Of a stretch of DNA of 64,000 nucleotides, positions 38,825-48,732 are shown in pieces (position 1 is the first letter of the stretch; each line of letters begins with the position of its first letter). The notes beneath the pieces are model-generated. The model did no database searches. It was not told the origin of the DNA and was given only the letters and a program-made list of their open reading frames with translations. This stretch comes from Spirochaetia bacterium (lineage in GTDB: Bacteria; Spirochaetota; Spirochaetia; SZUA-6; Bin103). Where the stretch lies: contig CBDBDQ010000005.1 in NCBI GenBank assembly GCA_965203905.1, positions 5,280,001 to 5,344,000 on the forward strand. Reading direction: 5' to 3'. Made by a program: the position numbers and the translations under genes.

Positions 38825-40135
38825 ATGGCAAAGGTTGTCATCATTGGGGCGGGCAGCGGCTTTGGCAGCCGGCTGTCGATCGATATTCTGGCGCGGCCCA
38901 GCCTTGCCGACTCCACCATCGCCCTGTGCGACATCCACGAGGGGCGGCTGCGCCAGGTGCACGACTACGTGCAGCGCGCCATCGACGTGCACGGGCTGCC
39001 GGGCAGGGTGGTGGCCGGCACCTGCCGCGAGGAACTGCTGCCGGAGGCCGACTGCGTGGTGACCGCGGTCTCGGTGGGCGGCCCCGCGTACTGGGGCGAG
39101 CCCTACCGGTCGGAGGTGGAGATCCCGCTTCGCTACGGCGTGGTGCAGACGGTGGCCGATACCGTCGGGGTGGGCGGCGTGTTCCGCTTCCTGCGCACCG
39201 CCGGCCAGCATCTGCAGTTCGCACGCGACATGGAGCGGCTGTGTCCCGACGCCATCATGCTCAACTACACCAACCCGATGTGCATGTTGACCTGGCTGCA
39301 CTCGGTCGGCTCCTCGGTCCACAACGTGGGGTTGTGCCACAGCGTGCAGAGCACGACCAAGAAGCTGGCCGGGGCGGTCGGCGCCGCGTACGAGGAGGTC
39401 AGCTACCTGGTGGCCGGGATCAACCACCAGGCGTGGGTGCTGAAGCTGCGCCGCGGCAAGCAGGACCTGTATCCCCGGCTGCGGGAGATCCTCGACACCC
39501 ACGAGGCGTTCGCCGAGGACCGCGTGCGCGCCGAGATGACGCGCCAGTTCGGCTACTTCGTTACCGAGAGCACGCGCCACAACTCCGAGTACCTGCCTTA
39601 CTTCAACCGCACCCCGGAGCTGCGCGAGCAGTACGGCGTGGTCGGAACGGCGCCGGTCCCGATGGAGAACACGCGGGTGCGCGCATGGATGAAGGATAGC
39701 GGTGTCGACTCCGCGGGCGACGAAGAGATCCCGCCGCTGGCGCCCTCCCACGAGTACGCCTCGATGATCATCGAAGCGCGCCTCATCGGCACGCCCTTCG
39801 CCTTCAACGGCAACGTGATGAACCACGGCTCGATCACCAACCTGCCCGACCGCTGCTGCGTGGAGGTGCCGTGCCTGGCGGACGCGGAGGGGATCCATCC
39901 CACCTACGTGGGAGCCCTTCCGGCGCAGTGCGCGGCGATGAACATGAGCAACATCGCGGTGCAGGAGCTGGCGGTGCAGGCGGTGCTGGAACGCGACCGG
40001 GAGGCGGCCTTCCACGCCTGCGCGCTCGACCCGCTGACCGCGGCGGTGGTTCCGCTGCCGCGGATCAGGGAGATGTTCGAAGAGCTGTGGGCCGCGGAAG
40101 GCGACCGGCTGGCATACTTCGACCAGGAGGAATGA
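38825..40135 (+). CDS. GH4 alpha-galactosidase/glucosidase (MelA-like)
   Basis: IIGAGSGF, NYTNPM, GLCHSVQ, AGINH, GYFVTES.HNSEYLP. Confidence 0.9.
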   Translation: MAKVVIIGAGSGFGSRLSIDILARPSLADSTIALCDIHEGRLRQVHDYVQRAIDVHGLPGRVVAGTCREELLPEADCVVTAVSVGGPAYWGEPYRSEVEIPLRYGVVQTVADTVGVGGVFRFLRTAGQHLQFARDMERLCPDAIMLNYTNPMCMLTWLHSVGSSVHNVGLCHSVQSTTKKLAGAVGAAYEEVSYLVAGINHQAWVLKLRRGKQDLYPRLREILDTHEAFAEDRVRAEMTRQFGYFVTESTRHNSEYLPYFNRTPELREQYGVVGTAPVPMENTRVRAWMKDSGVDSAGDEEIPPLAPSHEYASMIIEARLIGTPFAFNGNVMNHGSITNLPDRCCVEVPCLADAEGIHPTYVGALPAQCAAMNMSNIAVQELAVQAVLERDREAAFHACALDPLTAAVVPLPRIREMFEELWAAEGDRLAYFDQEE

Positions 40136-40950
40136 GCATGCGGATAGCCCACGTACGGCGTGAGGAGATGGTGCTCGGCGTCAGTCACGAGGGCGCCGGG
40201 CCCAGCTACTTCAAGAGCTGTTTCGATAGTGACCTGGAGAAGCCGTGGAACTTCATCCACGCGGTGTTCTTTCCGCCCGGCAGCGGCATCGGCCACCACA
40301 CCCATACCCACGCCGAGGAGATCTTCGTCAGCGTCGACAACGCGATGCAATTCACCCACAACGGGCGTACCGCGGAGGTGGTTGGCGGCGCCGCGGTGCC
40401 GCTGCGTTCCGGCGAGTCTCACGGCATCTACAACCACACCGACCGCGATACCCTGTTCTTCAACTTCCAGTGCTTCGACAACACCCGTGAGCCGAGCTCC
40501 GAGGACTTCGGCGACAACCGCGTGGGCGTACCCCTGGAATCCACCGATCGACTGCCGGTCGGGCGCTTCGACCGCTCGCTGCTGGCGCCGGTGCGCTGCC
40601 ATGGAGGCAGGGGCGAGGTGGGATTCCGCGAAGTGTGGGGCACGCGCGATTTCTCCACAAACTTCGAGTACCTGAGCCACCTGCTGCTGCCGCCGGGCGC
40701 CTCCGTCGGCTATCACCGGCATGACGGCGTCCAGGAGGCCTACATAATCATGAGCGGGAGCGGACGGGTGACGGTGGATGAGGAGACCGCGGAGGTGGGG
40801 CGCGGCGACGTGATTCCCAACCGCCTGGGCGGCGCGCACGGCATCTTCAACCACGGCCCCGCCGACCTGGAGCTGTTCGTAGTCGGCGTCAGCCGCAGCA
40901 AGGGACAGGTGGACGCCACCGACCTGGGAGACGACCTGGCGGCCCGATAG
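40132..40950 (+). CDS. Double-cupin domain protein
   Basis: Two cupin motifs, GHHTH..EE..HGIYN and GYHRH..QE..HGIFN; ATGA-coupled. Confidence 0.8.
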   Translation: MSMRIAHVRREEMVLGVSHEGAGPSYFKSCFDSDLEKPWNFIHAVFFPPGSGIGHHTHTHAEEIFVSVDNAMQFTHNGRTAEVVGGAAVPLRSGESHGIYNHTDRDTLFFNFQCFDNTREPSSEDFGDNRVGVPLESTDRLPVGRFDRSLLAPVRCHGGRGEVGFREVWGTRDFSTNFEYLSHLLLPPGASVGYHRHDGVQEAYIIMSGSGRVTVDEETAEVGRGDVIPNRLGGAHGIFNHGPADLELFVVGVSRSKGQVDATDLGDDLAAR

Positions 40951-40962
40951 ACTGGTCCGCCG

Positions 40963-43900
40963 CTACGCGGGCGCGGGGGGAGGGCGGCCTTCCAGGGCCG
41001 CGAGCACGGTGGGGACGTAGCGCATCTGCTGCGACAGGCGTTTGCCGAGGTCGCGGTGGCCTTCCAGGTCCGGGAGCTGGCTCAGCGCCGGCAGCGCCCG
41101 CCGCAGGCAGTCCCCCAGCTCGGTGTCGCCGGAGAGCGCGTAGGCGTCGGCGATGCCCTCGATCACGATCTGGGTGTTGCCGGCCTCGCCGCGGCTCAGC
41201 CGCTGCATGGTGGCGCAACTGCCGCCGATGAACAGGCCGTTTTCGCGGTCCAGCGTCTCCCGGATCAGCCAGCGGGCGCCGGCCACGATCGACTCCGCCA
41301 CCGCGGGATCGCCAGTGAGGTCGTGGTAGCGCTTCATGCCCGACAGCAGCACCGTGACCATGAAGGCGATGTTGCCGCGGCAGTGGGGGTAGCCGCACCA
41401 GCAGTGGCCGGAGGTGAGCATCCGGGTCCAGGCGCCGCCGGCGTCCTGCTTCTCGAGGATCCGGCGTACCACGATGGCGGCGCCGTTGCGGGCGCGCGGG
41501 TCGCCGGTGGCGGCGGCCAGGGTGGAGAGGTGGATCAGGTGCCAGCCGGCTTCGCGCACCGCGCTGAACTCGTAGTGGTCGAGCCGCTCCGGCTGCAGCA
41601 GCCAGTCGGCGGTGCGGGAGAGCGAGTCGCGCACGCCCTCGTCGCCGCTCAGCAGGTAGTGCAGCAGGGCGCCCTCCAGCCAGGTGTGGGACGGGATGCC
41701 GCGGGTGCCGTTGACCTTGCTGCGGAACAGCGGCGGCAGGTAGCCGCCGACGTGGGCCGGCATGTGCAGCGCCTGCAGGCCGACGCAGGAGGGGGTCGAG
41801 AAACAGTTCACCGTGTCCACGTCGGCCAGGTGGCGGGCGGCGGCGGCGCCCCAGCGGGCCCAGGCGGGGTCGCCGCCGCGCAGGAACTCCCAGTAGGCGC
41901 CGTAGGGGGTGTCGTACTCGTTGTTGCCCCAGCACCAGTCGCCCTCGCCGTACCAGTCGCCGAAATTCAGGTGGCCGTAGGCGCGGTTGGCTTCGCGGTC
42001 CTCCTGCAGCAGGCGCAACGCCTGCGCGGTCAGGGCCTCGTAGTCGGGCAGCGGCGAGCCATCCTTGGCGGCCAGGCGCGGCAGGGCGCCGGTGCCGTTG
42101 CTGTAGGCCGGCAGCGGGCGCACCACCGGCGGCTCCTCCAGCCAACGGAACAGCGGCTCCGCCGCGGCAGCGGCGGCGGGGAAGCCGATCAGGACCTCGG
42201 TGGTCAGGGCCAATCCTTCGCGCAGCAGGTAGCGGTCGCCGTCGAGCCAACGGTACAGCCGGTGCCATGCCTCGGCGTCCCCGGGCAGCTCGGCGTCGGA
42301 TCGCGGCGCCAGCAGTTCCAGCATGACCTCGCCGGCGTTGACGCGGAGGCCCTTGGGGTAGGTCTGCCAGAAGTTGCGCACTCCCAGGGCCAGCAGCCCA
42401 CTGGCCCCCTCGACCACGACGTGGCCGTGCGCTCGTCCCGAGCGCTCACTCGGAGCGGCGGCCGGACCGACGCGGTGCCCCAGGTCATGCTCGTGGCGCA
42501 GCAGCCACGGTTGTTCCTGTTCGACCGAGTGCAGGCGGCCATCGAACCGCACGGCGCCGGCGCCGCTCCACGGCAGTCGCAGTGCGCAGCAGCGCACCGG
42601 CAGCAGGGTCTCCCGCTCGTCCGTGGCTTCGGCCTCGTACGGCGCCGCGCCGGGGTCGGCGCACACGACCAGCAGGCGGTGGACCAGCCTGCAGAACGGT
42701 TGGCCGGCATGGACGTGCAGCCGCAGGTCGCTCCGCAGGCGCTCGTGTCCAGCGCGGTCGCGGTGCGCGACGAGCAGCTGCACCACCGCATGGACGCCAC
42801 CGGCGTGCTCAAGCGCTGGCGGCCTGGCGGCCGAGCTACTCAGCGGAGTCCCGTCGCCCAGCCGCACCTCGCAGGCTTCCGCGAGCGGCCCGCCGGCCAG
42901 CAGCTCCTTCCATCCGCCGGCTTCGGTGCGCCGTTCCAGGCGCAGCCACGAATCGCCGGCCGGCGGCGTTCCGTCCGCTTGCGGCGGCGTGCCGCGCACG
43001 GTGACTCTCAGGCGGTCGCCGCGTACCGTCACGGCGTCCGCGTCGCAGGAGCAGGTGAGGGGGCCTGCCGGCTCCGCGCCGCCGGCGCCGCCCAGGTGGA
43101 GCCGCAGTAAGCGGAAGCCCTGTGCGGTGCCGTCCGGCGCCGCTTCCGGGACGGTGGCGTCCACCAGCACCCAGCGCGCGGAACCGTCGGGCCAACGGCT
43201 GTGGATGCGGGTCTGCGCGCCGCGGGGCGCGGCTCCCTCCGCCTCGAGCGTGGCACCGGGAGCACGATGCAGCATGGCGCGTGGGACCGGCACGCCGAAC
43301 CGCAGCGGCAGCCCGGCCAGGGCAGCGGCGGCGCCGCCGGTGGGGGCAGCCAACTCCAGCTCCGCCGTGAGCGGCCGGTCCGGCGGCGCCCCCTCCCGGC
43401 CGGTGTTGACCGTCCGGGTGACCTCCGAGGCGGCTCCAGCCTGCTCGATCGCCTTGACCCGCACGGTATAGGTGCGCGCGGGCAGCAGTGCCGGCAGCGC
43501 CAAGGCGTGCAGTGTCGAGCGTCCCTCTTCCACGGCCCGGACCGGCGCAGCGCCCGGAGTGCGCGCCGTCACCTCCAGGCGCGCGGGCGGGTAGGTGACG
43601 CAGTGCACGGTGGCTGCGCCTCGTGCGCCGTCCGCGCCGCTTGCGGCGGCCACCTCCAGGGCTTCGATCGCCGGTTTGAACGAGCTCGCGCGCGGACACT
43701 CGGCCAGCAATGCCAGGCGCTCCAGGCGGCACGCGCCGCGGCAGGTGGCGGCGGCCTGCACCCACTTAACCGTGGAGTCGAAGCGGATCGCACGCTCCAG
43801 CACCAGCAGGTGGCGGCGGTTGTCGTGGCGGTGCGCCGCGACGACGCCCACCGGGTCGGCACCGAGGCCGATCTCGAAGGCCAGCTCTTCGCCGGCGGCG

Positions 43901-44175
43901 TCGTACACCAGCAACGCCAGGAAATAGGTTCCCGGCAGCTTGGGGTTCTTCACCGGTACCCGGAACCGGTGCCGCACGGTCGACCGCACGCCCGCCCGCA
44001 CCACGCTCGGCGGGCGGTATACGCTCGGGTTGGCGTAGCCGGTCAGCCCCAGGTCGGGTACGAACCCGTCCAGTGCCTCGCAGTCGAGCGCCGGCCAGAA
44101 GTGGTTTCGCGGATCGTCGAGCAGCGCCTGGATCCGCGCTTCCTCGGCGACGTCGACGCAGCCGGGCAGCGGCAT
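40963..44175 (-). CDS. Large PcRGLX/YetA-like (alpha/alpha-barrel) putative carbohydrate-active protein
   Basis: RWPDGSARWVLVD, RNFWQTYPK, GHLNFGDW, WGNNEYD, HLADVD, SHTWLEG; start re-called at ATG 44175. Confidence 0.7.
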   Translation of the reverse strand: MPLPGCVDVAEEARIQALLDDPRNHFWPALDCEALDGFVPDLGLTGYANPSVYRPPSVVRAGVRSTVRHRFRVPVKNPKLPGTYFLALLVYDAAGEELAFEIGLGADPVGVVAAHRHDNRRHLLVLERAIRFDSTVKWVQAAATCRGACRLERLALLAECPRASSFKPAIEALEVAAASGADGARGAATVHCVTYPPARLEVTARTPGAAPVRAVEEGRSTLHALALPALLPARTYTVRVKAIEQAGAASEVTRTVNTGREGAPPDRPLTAELELAAPTGGAAAALAGLPLRFGVPVPRAMLHRAPGATLEAEGAAPRGAQTRIHSRWPDGSARWVLVDATVPEAAPDGTAQGFRLLRLHLGGAGGAEPAGPLTCSCDADAVTVRGDRLRVTVRGTPPQADGTPPAGDSWLRLERRTEAGGWKELLAGGPLAEACEVRLGDGTPLSSSAARPPALEHAGGVHAVVQLLVAHRDRAGHERLRSDLRLHVHAGQPFCRLVHRLLVVCADPGAAPYEAEATDERETLLPVRCCALRLPWSGAGAVRFDGRLHSVEQEQPWLLRHEHDLGHRVGPAAAPSERSGRAHGHVVVEGASGLLALGVRNFWQTYPKGLRVNAGEVMLELLAPRSDAELPGDAEAWHRLYRWLDGDRYLLREGLALTTEVLIGFPAAAAAAEPLFRWLEEPPVVRPLPAYSNGTGALPRLAAKDGSPLPDYEALTAQALRLLQEDREANRAYGHLNFGDWYGEGDWCWGNNEYDTPYGAYWEFLRGGDPAWARWGAAAARHLADVDTVNCFSTPSCVGLQALHMPAHVGGYLPPLFRSKVNGTRGIPSHTWLEGALLHYLLSGDEGVRDSLSRTADWLLQPERLDHYEFSAVREAGWHLIHLSTLAAATGDPRARNGAAIVVRRILEKQDAGGAWTRMLTSGHCWCGYPHCRGNIAFMVTVLLSGMKRYHDLTGDPAVAESIVAGARWLIRETLDRENGLFIGGSCATMQRLSRGEAGNTQIVIEGIADAYALSGDTELGDCLRRALPALSQLPDLEGHRDLGKRLSQQMRYVPTVLAALEGRPPPAPA

Positions 44176-44179
44176 GCGG

Positions 44180-45595
44180 TCAGAACGGGCTGTCCGGCGT
44201 GGTGATCGGGCACCAGCGCGCCACCGCCAGCCAGTCCAGCAGCAGCTCGGTGGCGGCGGGCGTTCGCAGCCGCCGCAGCGCCTCCGCGGTGAGGCCGCGC
44301 AGGTAACGGTTGCGGCTCTCCAGGTAAGGCGCAAGCAGCCCGGTGATGCGGGCGCCGGCGGCGGCATCGAGCCGCGGCGCCAAGCGGACGATGGCCTGCG
44401 CGGCAATCTGACGCCGGTAGCCGTGGTCTGGAAGATCCGCATCCAGGGTTGCTTCCAGCGCCACGATGGATGCTTCCGCATCGCCGTCGGAACAGGTGCC
44501 GAGGGCCGTGGCGGCCCAGGTGCGTACCTGTTCATCGTCGTCGGCCAGCGCCCGGCGTAGCGCCTGCGCCGCAGGCGCGATGGGGCCTCCCATCTCGGCC
44601 AGCGCCTGCGCGGCGCGGCCGCGGACCTGGGAGGAGGCATGTTCCAGGGCTGCTTCCAGCGCCGGCACGGCGGCGGCGCCCAGGGCCGCCAGCGCGTAGA
44701 CGGAGCGGTTGACCGTGGCCGCGCAGTCGCCGGCCAGCGCGTCGCTCAGTTGCGCGGCGACCGTGGAGGCGTCGCCGTTGGCCGCCGCCGCGACCGCATA
44801 CGCGGCTTCCATGCCGCACTGAACGTGGGGGTCGGCCAACCCCGTGAGGTCGGCGGCGGCGGCGCCGTTGGCGGCCGCCGAGGCCCCGTTGCCCGCGGGT
44901 ACGGCCTCGCCTGCCGCTTCGCCGCGATGCCAGCACCACATGGCGCGCCAGAGCGAGCACTCGGTATCCCAGTCGGGATCGGCCGCGTCCCATTCCGGCG
45001 CCTGCGGTTCCTGCATCCGGTGAAGCAGGAACTTCATCATGTAGCGCGGGCGCTGCGCGCGGTTGGCGGTGGCGCCGTGCCACAGCTCGTAGTGGGTGAT
45101 GGTGACCGTACCGGCGGTGCCGGTCAGCGACAGCACGTCCACATCCTCGGGACGGTCCCGGTAGTACTGGCTGCCCGGCAGTACGCCAGTGGGCCCCAGA
45201 CGCTCCGGGGTGTCCTGGGGATAGTAGAGCAGCAGCACCTTGCGGGTGCGGTGATCACCCTGGCTGCCGCCATCCTGGTGGATGCGCTGCGGCTCGCTGC
45301 CCGGCTGGTTGGCGTGGCAGTAGCGGTGATCGTCCAGCAGGTAGCCCGGTCCGAGAATGCTGGTCAGGGCGCCGTGCACCGCCGGGTCCGCGAGCATCCT
45401 CGACAGCTCCGGGATCCGCGGCAGCAGGTTGTTGCCGGGATTCGGCTCGGCGCCGAGCAGCGCGTCGGTTTGACGGCAGATCGAGGTGTGGAACTCGTCC
45501 GGCAACGAGGTCTGCACCGTCACGTAACCGTTGCGGATGAAGTCCTGCATCTGCCGGTCCGAGAGCAGAGGCGCGGTCTGACTGTTGGCGGCCAT
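44180..45595 (-). CDS. Phytanoyl-CoA dioxygenase (PhyH) family protein fused to HEAT repeats
   Basis: HQD, YYPQD, GPTGVLPGSQ, LWHGATAN; C-terminal VR..AA.AL repeats. Confidence 0.8.
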   Translation of the reverse strand: MAANSQTAPLLSDRQMQDFIRNGYVTVQTSLPDEFHTSICRQTDALLGAEPNPGNNLLPRIPELSRMLADPAVHGALTSILGPGYLLDDHRYCHANQPGSEPQRIHQDGGSQGDHRTRKVLLLYYPQDTPERLGPTGVLPGSQYYRDRPEDVDVLSLTGTAGTVTITHYELWHGATANRAQRPRYMMKFLLHRMQEPQAPEWDAADPDWDTECSLWRAMWCWHRGEAAGEAVPAGNGASAAANGAAAADLTGLADPHVQCGMEAAYAVAAAANGDASTVAAQLSDALAGDCAATVNRSVYALAALGAAAVPALEAALEHASSQVRGRAAQALAEMGGPIAPAAQALRRALADDDEQVRTWAATALGTCSDGDAEASIVALEATLDADLPDHGYRRQIAAQAIVRLAPRLDAAAGARITGLLAPYLESRNRYLRGLTAEALRRLRTPAATELLLDWLAVARWCPITTPDSPF

Positions 45596-45656
45596 GGCGG
45601 TCCCTCCCGGCTCCATTCTACCGTTCAGCGGCCGAAGGGCCACCCCGTGTCGCGGT

Positions 45657-46184
45657 TCACATCTTCATGATGACACCGCAGGCGATGCGTCCGCCCGCAC
45701 CGCCGATCGGCTGAGTGAGGTGGTCGTCGGGGTTTTCGTGAATGATCACCGTCGAGCCGTCCTCGTCCAGCAGCGCCGGCATGTCGCCGTCGGCGACCGA
45801 CACCAGCACGGTGAAGAACTCCGCCCGCGCGGAGCCGTCGGCGGCGACGTACAGGTTGGGCAGGTCGCCGTGGTCAGGGCCCTCCGGATGCCGCAGGCCG
45901 TGCGGCACGCCATCCGGGTTGATGTGTCCGGTTGCCGCCGTGAAATCCGGCGTGCAGGCGCCGACGGCGTGCAGGTGAATGCCGTGCGCGCCCGGAGGCA
46001 GGCCCGTAACCTCGACGTACATCAGTACGCCGTGGGGCGTCTGCTCGAACGTGGCCTTGCCAATCACGGCGCCTCCCGTATCGATCATCTCCGCTGCGGC
46101 CGTGTCGGCCGCCAGCAGGCCGGGAGCCGCAAGGGCCGCCAGCATCAGGACCATCGTCACCAGGCACTTTCTGTTGAGTTGCAT
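45657..46184 (-). CDS. sodC: Cu/Zn superoxide dismutase
   Basis: HGIHLH, HGDLPNL, IIHENPDD, GGRIACGVI; signal peptide. Confidence 0.92.
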   Translation of the reverse strand: MQLNRKCLVTMVLMLAALAAPGLLAADTAAAEMIDTGGAVIGKATFEQTPHGVLMYVEVTGLPPGAHGIHLHAVGACTPDFTAATGHINPDGVPHGLRHPEGPDHGDLPNLYVAADGSARAEFFTVLVSVADGDMPALLDEDGSTVIIHENPDDHLTQPIGGAGGRIACGVIMKM

Positions 46185-46299
46185 CTTCTCCGTCCTCCGG
46201 GTCGATTAAAGACATGCCGTCCTGAACCAGTCAACCGGCACCCATGCGACGCGCACGATCGTCAGTTAGACTGGGCGCTACCCGCAAGGAGGTATCCGC

Positions 46300-47718
46300 A
46301 TGTCGCAGCAGCAACCGTCCGCTTCCGAGCAGTCGCGTTCCCCGAACTTCGTGGTCATCTTCTGCGACGACCTGGGCTACGGCGACCTGGGCTGCTACGG
46401 GTCGCGCGACCATGACACGCCGCGGCTCGACCGGATGGCGGCCGAGGGCACCCGCTTCACCAACTTCTACGTGCCGTCGCCGGTGTGCACGCCGTCGCGT
46501 GCCGGGCTGCTCACCGGCTGCTACCCGAAACGGGTGGGGCTGGACAGCGGCGACCGATTCGCGGTCCTGCTGCCCGGCGACCCCATCGGGCTGTCCACCG
46601 ACGAGCAGACCATCGCCTCGCTGCTGCGCGGGCAGGGCTACGCTACCAAGATGGTGGGCAAGTGGCACCTCGGGGATCAGCCGGAGTTCCTCCCCGACCG
46701 CCACGGCTTCGGCGACTACTTCGGGCTGCCCTACAGCAACGACATGCTGCCCGACCACGGCATTGCCGGCCACAAGCCGTTTCCGCCGCTGATGCTGCTG
46801 CGCAACGAGAAGGTGGTGGAGACCGACCCCAACCAGGTGTCGCTCACCGACCGCTACCTGGTCGACGCGCTGCGCTTCATCCACGACAACCGCGACCGGC
46901 CGTTCTTCCTCTACCTGGCACACATGTACGTGCACGTGCCGATCTATACGCCGATGAACTACCACCGGGACTCGCGCAACGGCCCGTACGGGGCCGCCGT
47001 GGCGCACCTGGACTTCACCACCGGGGCCATCCTCGACACCCTGCGCGACCTGGGACTGGACGACAACACCATCGTGCTGTTTACCTCCGACAACGGCGCC
47101 GGGGTGCCGCGCACGCCCGACGGGGTGGACGCGCTGCGCCTCAGCCGCGGCGGCGTCGGCAGCAACCTGCCGTTGCGCGGCGGCAAGGGCAGCACCTGGG
47201 AAGGCGGCATGCGCGAACCGTTCATCGCCTGGGGACCGGGCCTGGTGCCGGCGGGCGCCACCTGCGACGAGATGTGCTCCACGCTCGACCTCCTGCCCAC
47301 CCTCGCGCGCCTGGCCGGCACCACCGAGCCGCGCGACCGGATCATCGACGGCGCCGACATCGGACCGCTGCTCACCGGGCAGCCCGGCGCCGCCACGCCC
47401 CACGAGCAGTTCTTCTACTACGGCACCGGCAGCCACACCCTCGATGCCGTGCGCGCCGGGCGCTGGAAGCTGCACCTGGACAAGGACGAGCTGTACGACC
47501 TGGACGCCGACGTCGGCGAGACCACCAACCTCTTCGACCGCCACCCTCAGGTAGTGAGCGAGTTGCGCGACCGCGCCGACGCCTGCCGCGACGACCTGGG
47601 AGACGCCCGCACCGGCATCGCCGGTGCCAACTGCCGGCCCGTCGGCCGGGTGGAGAATCCCCGCACCCTGCTGCCGGTTACGGAAGACGATATCTGGGTG
47701 CGCGCGGTCTACGACTGA
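46300..47718 (+). CDS. Sulfatase (Cys-type)
   Basis: DDLGYGD, CTPSRAGLLTG, GKWHLG, FTSDNG. Confidence 0.93.
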   Translation: MSQQQPSASEQSRSPNFVVIFCDDLGYGDLGCYGSRDHDTPRLDRMAAEGTRFTNFYVPSPVCTPSRAGLLTGCYPKRVGLDSGDRFAVLLPGDPIGLSTDEQTIASLLRGQGYATKMVGKWHLGDQPEFLPDRHGFGDYFGLPYSNDMLPDHGIAGHKPFPPLMLLRNEKVVETDPNQVSLTDRYLVDALRFIHDNRDRPFFLYLAHMYVHVPIYTPMNYHRDSRNGPYGAAVAHLDFTTGAILDTLRDLGLDDNTIVLFTSDNGAGVPRTPDGVDALRLSRGGVGSNLPLRGGKGSTWEGGMREPFIAWGPGLVPAGATCDEMCSTLDLLPTLARLAGTTEPRDRIIDGADIGPLLTGQPGAATPHEQFFYYGTGSHTLDAVRAGRWKLHLDKDELYDLDADVGETTNLFDRHPQVVSELRDRADACRDDLGDARTGIAGANCRPVGRVENPRTLLPVTEDDIWVRAVYD

Positions 47719-48707
47719 GCCGTGGTCGGTGCAGTGGCCGCACGACCGTTGCCAGCGGCCCCGCCGTTCGCCGTCGCCCCCGCACCGGCTTGCGGCGGGC
47801 CGTCGGCGAACGCGAACCCGCGCATGGCGTCGATCTCGCGCCGGCTGCGGGCGATGTAGTCGCGCAGCTCCTCCAGGCCGTAGGCGCGCGCGAGTTGGCG
47901 CGCGCTCACGCCGGACTGCCGTGCCCTGAGCACGAACCAGCTCTCCAGCTCCATCCACAGTTCCTGTTCGACCGCGTCGCCGTGCTCGGCGAGCAGGCGG
48001 TCACGCTTGTCGAGGTTGTAGTTGCTGTGGTAGATGCCGCGATCCAGGTCCAGGGTGATCCGCGACACGTTGAACCCGGCGGTCTGCTCGTAGAGGAGCT
48101 GCCGGCCGGTGATGTCGTACACGAGGCAGTCGCAGGTATGGGTGGAGGTCACGATGTAGAAGTGGTGGTTCAGCGCGTGCGCCTGCAGGGAAGTCCCGGC
48201 CGAGTAGGCACTCGGCCAGATCACCAGATCGGCCTCCTGCTCGGCCAGCCGCTGCCACACTTCCGGGAAGTTGACGTCGAAGCAGGTGGTCATGCCGATG
48301 CGCCCCAAGTCGGTGTCGAACACCGGCACCGTGGTGCCGACCCCCACCGGCGGGGTCACGTCGAACTCCGACCAGTAGGTGAACACCTTGTCGTAGCAGC
48401 CGGCGACCTCCCCGCCGCGGTCGATCAGCACCGCCGTGTTCAGCCGCCGGGATCCTTCGATCCGATCGATGGGGCATACCACGTAGGCCGCGTGGCGGCG
48501 TGCCAACTCGCCCATCAGGGTGACGCTCGGGCCGTTCAGATCCTCGGGCTCGTGGTCGGCCTGTCCCATCCAGGTCTCGGGCAGGGCGATCAGGTCGCAG
48601 CCGCGCGCGCCCTCGGCGTCCACCGCCGCGGCGACCCGCCGCGGGTCGGTGCCGACCGGGAAGCTGAGCGACGCGATCCGTACCGGCCGTCCTGCGTTGG
48701 TTGCCAT
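47709..48707 (-). CDS. Carbon-nitrogen hydrolase (nitrilase superfamily)
   Basis: LPE, YDK, TCFDVNFPE (E-K-C triad); start re-called at ATG 48707. Confidence 0.85.
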   Translation of the reverse strand: MATNAGRPVRIASLSFPVGTDPRRVAAAVDAEGARGCDLIALPETWMGQADHEPEDLNGPSVTLMGELARRHAAYVVCPIDRIEGSRRLNTAVLIDRGGEVAGCYDKVFTYWSEFDVTPPVGVGTTVPVFDTDLGRIGMTTCFDVNFPEVWQRLAEQEADLVIWPSAYSAGTSLQAHALNHHFYIVTSTHTCDCLVYDITGRQLLYEQTAGFNVSRITLDLDRGIYHSNYNLDKRDRLLAEHGDAVEQELWMELESWFVLRARQSGVSARQLARAYGLEELRDYIARSRREIDAMRGFAFADGPPQAGAGATANGGAAGNGRAATAPTTAQS

Positions 48708-48732
48708 CTGCTCCTCCTCGGTTCCGGCGCCG

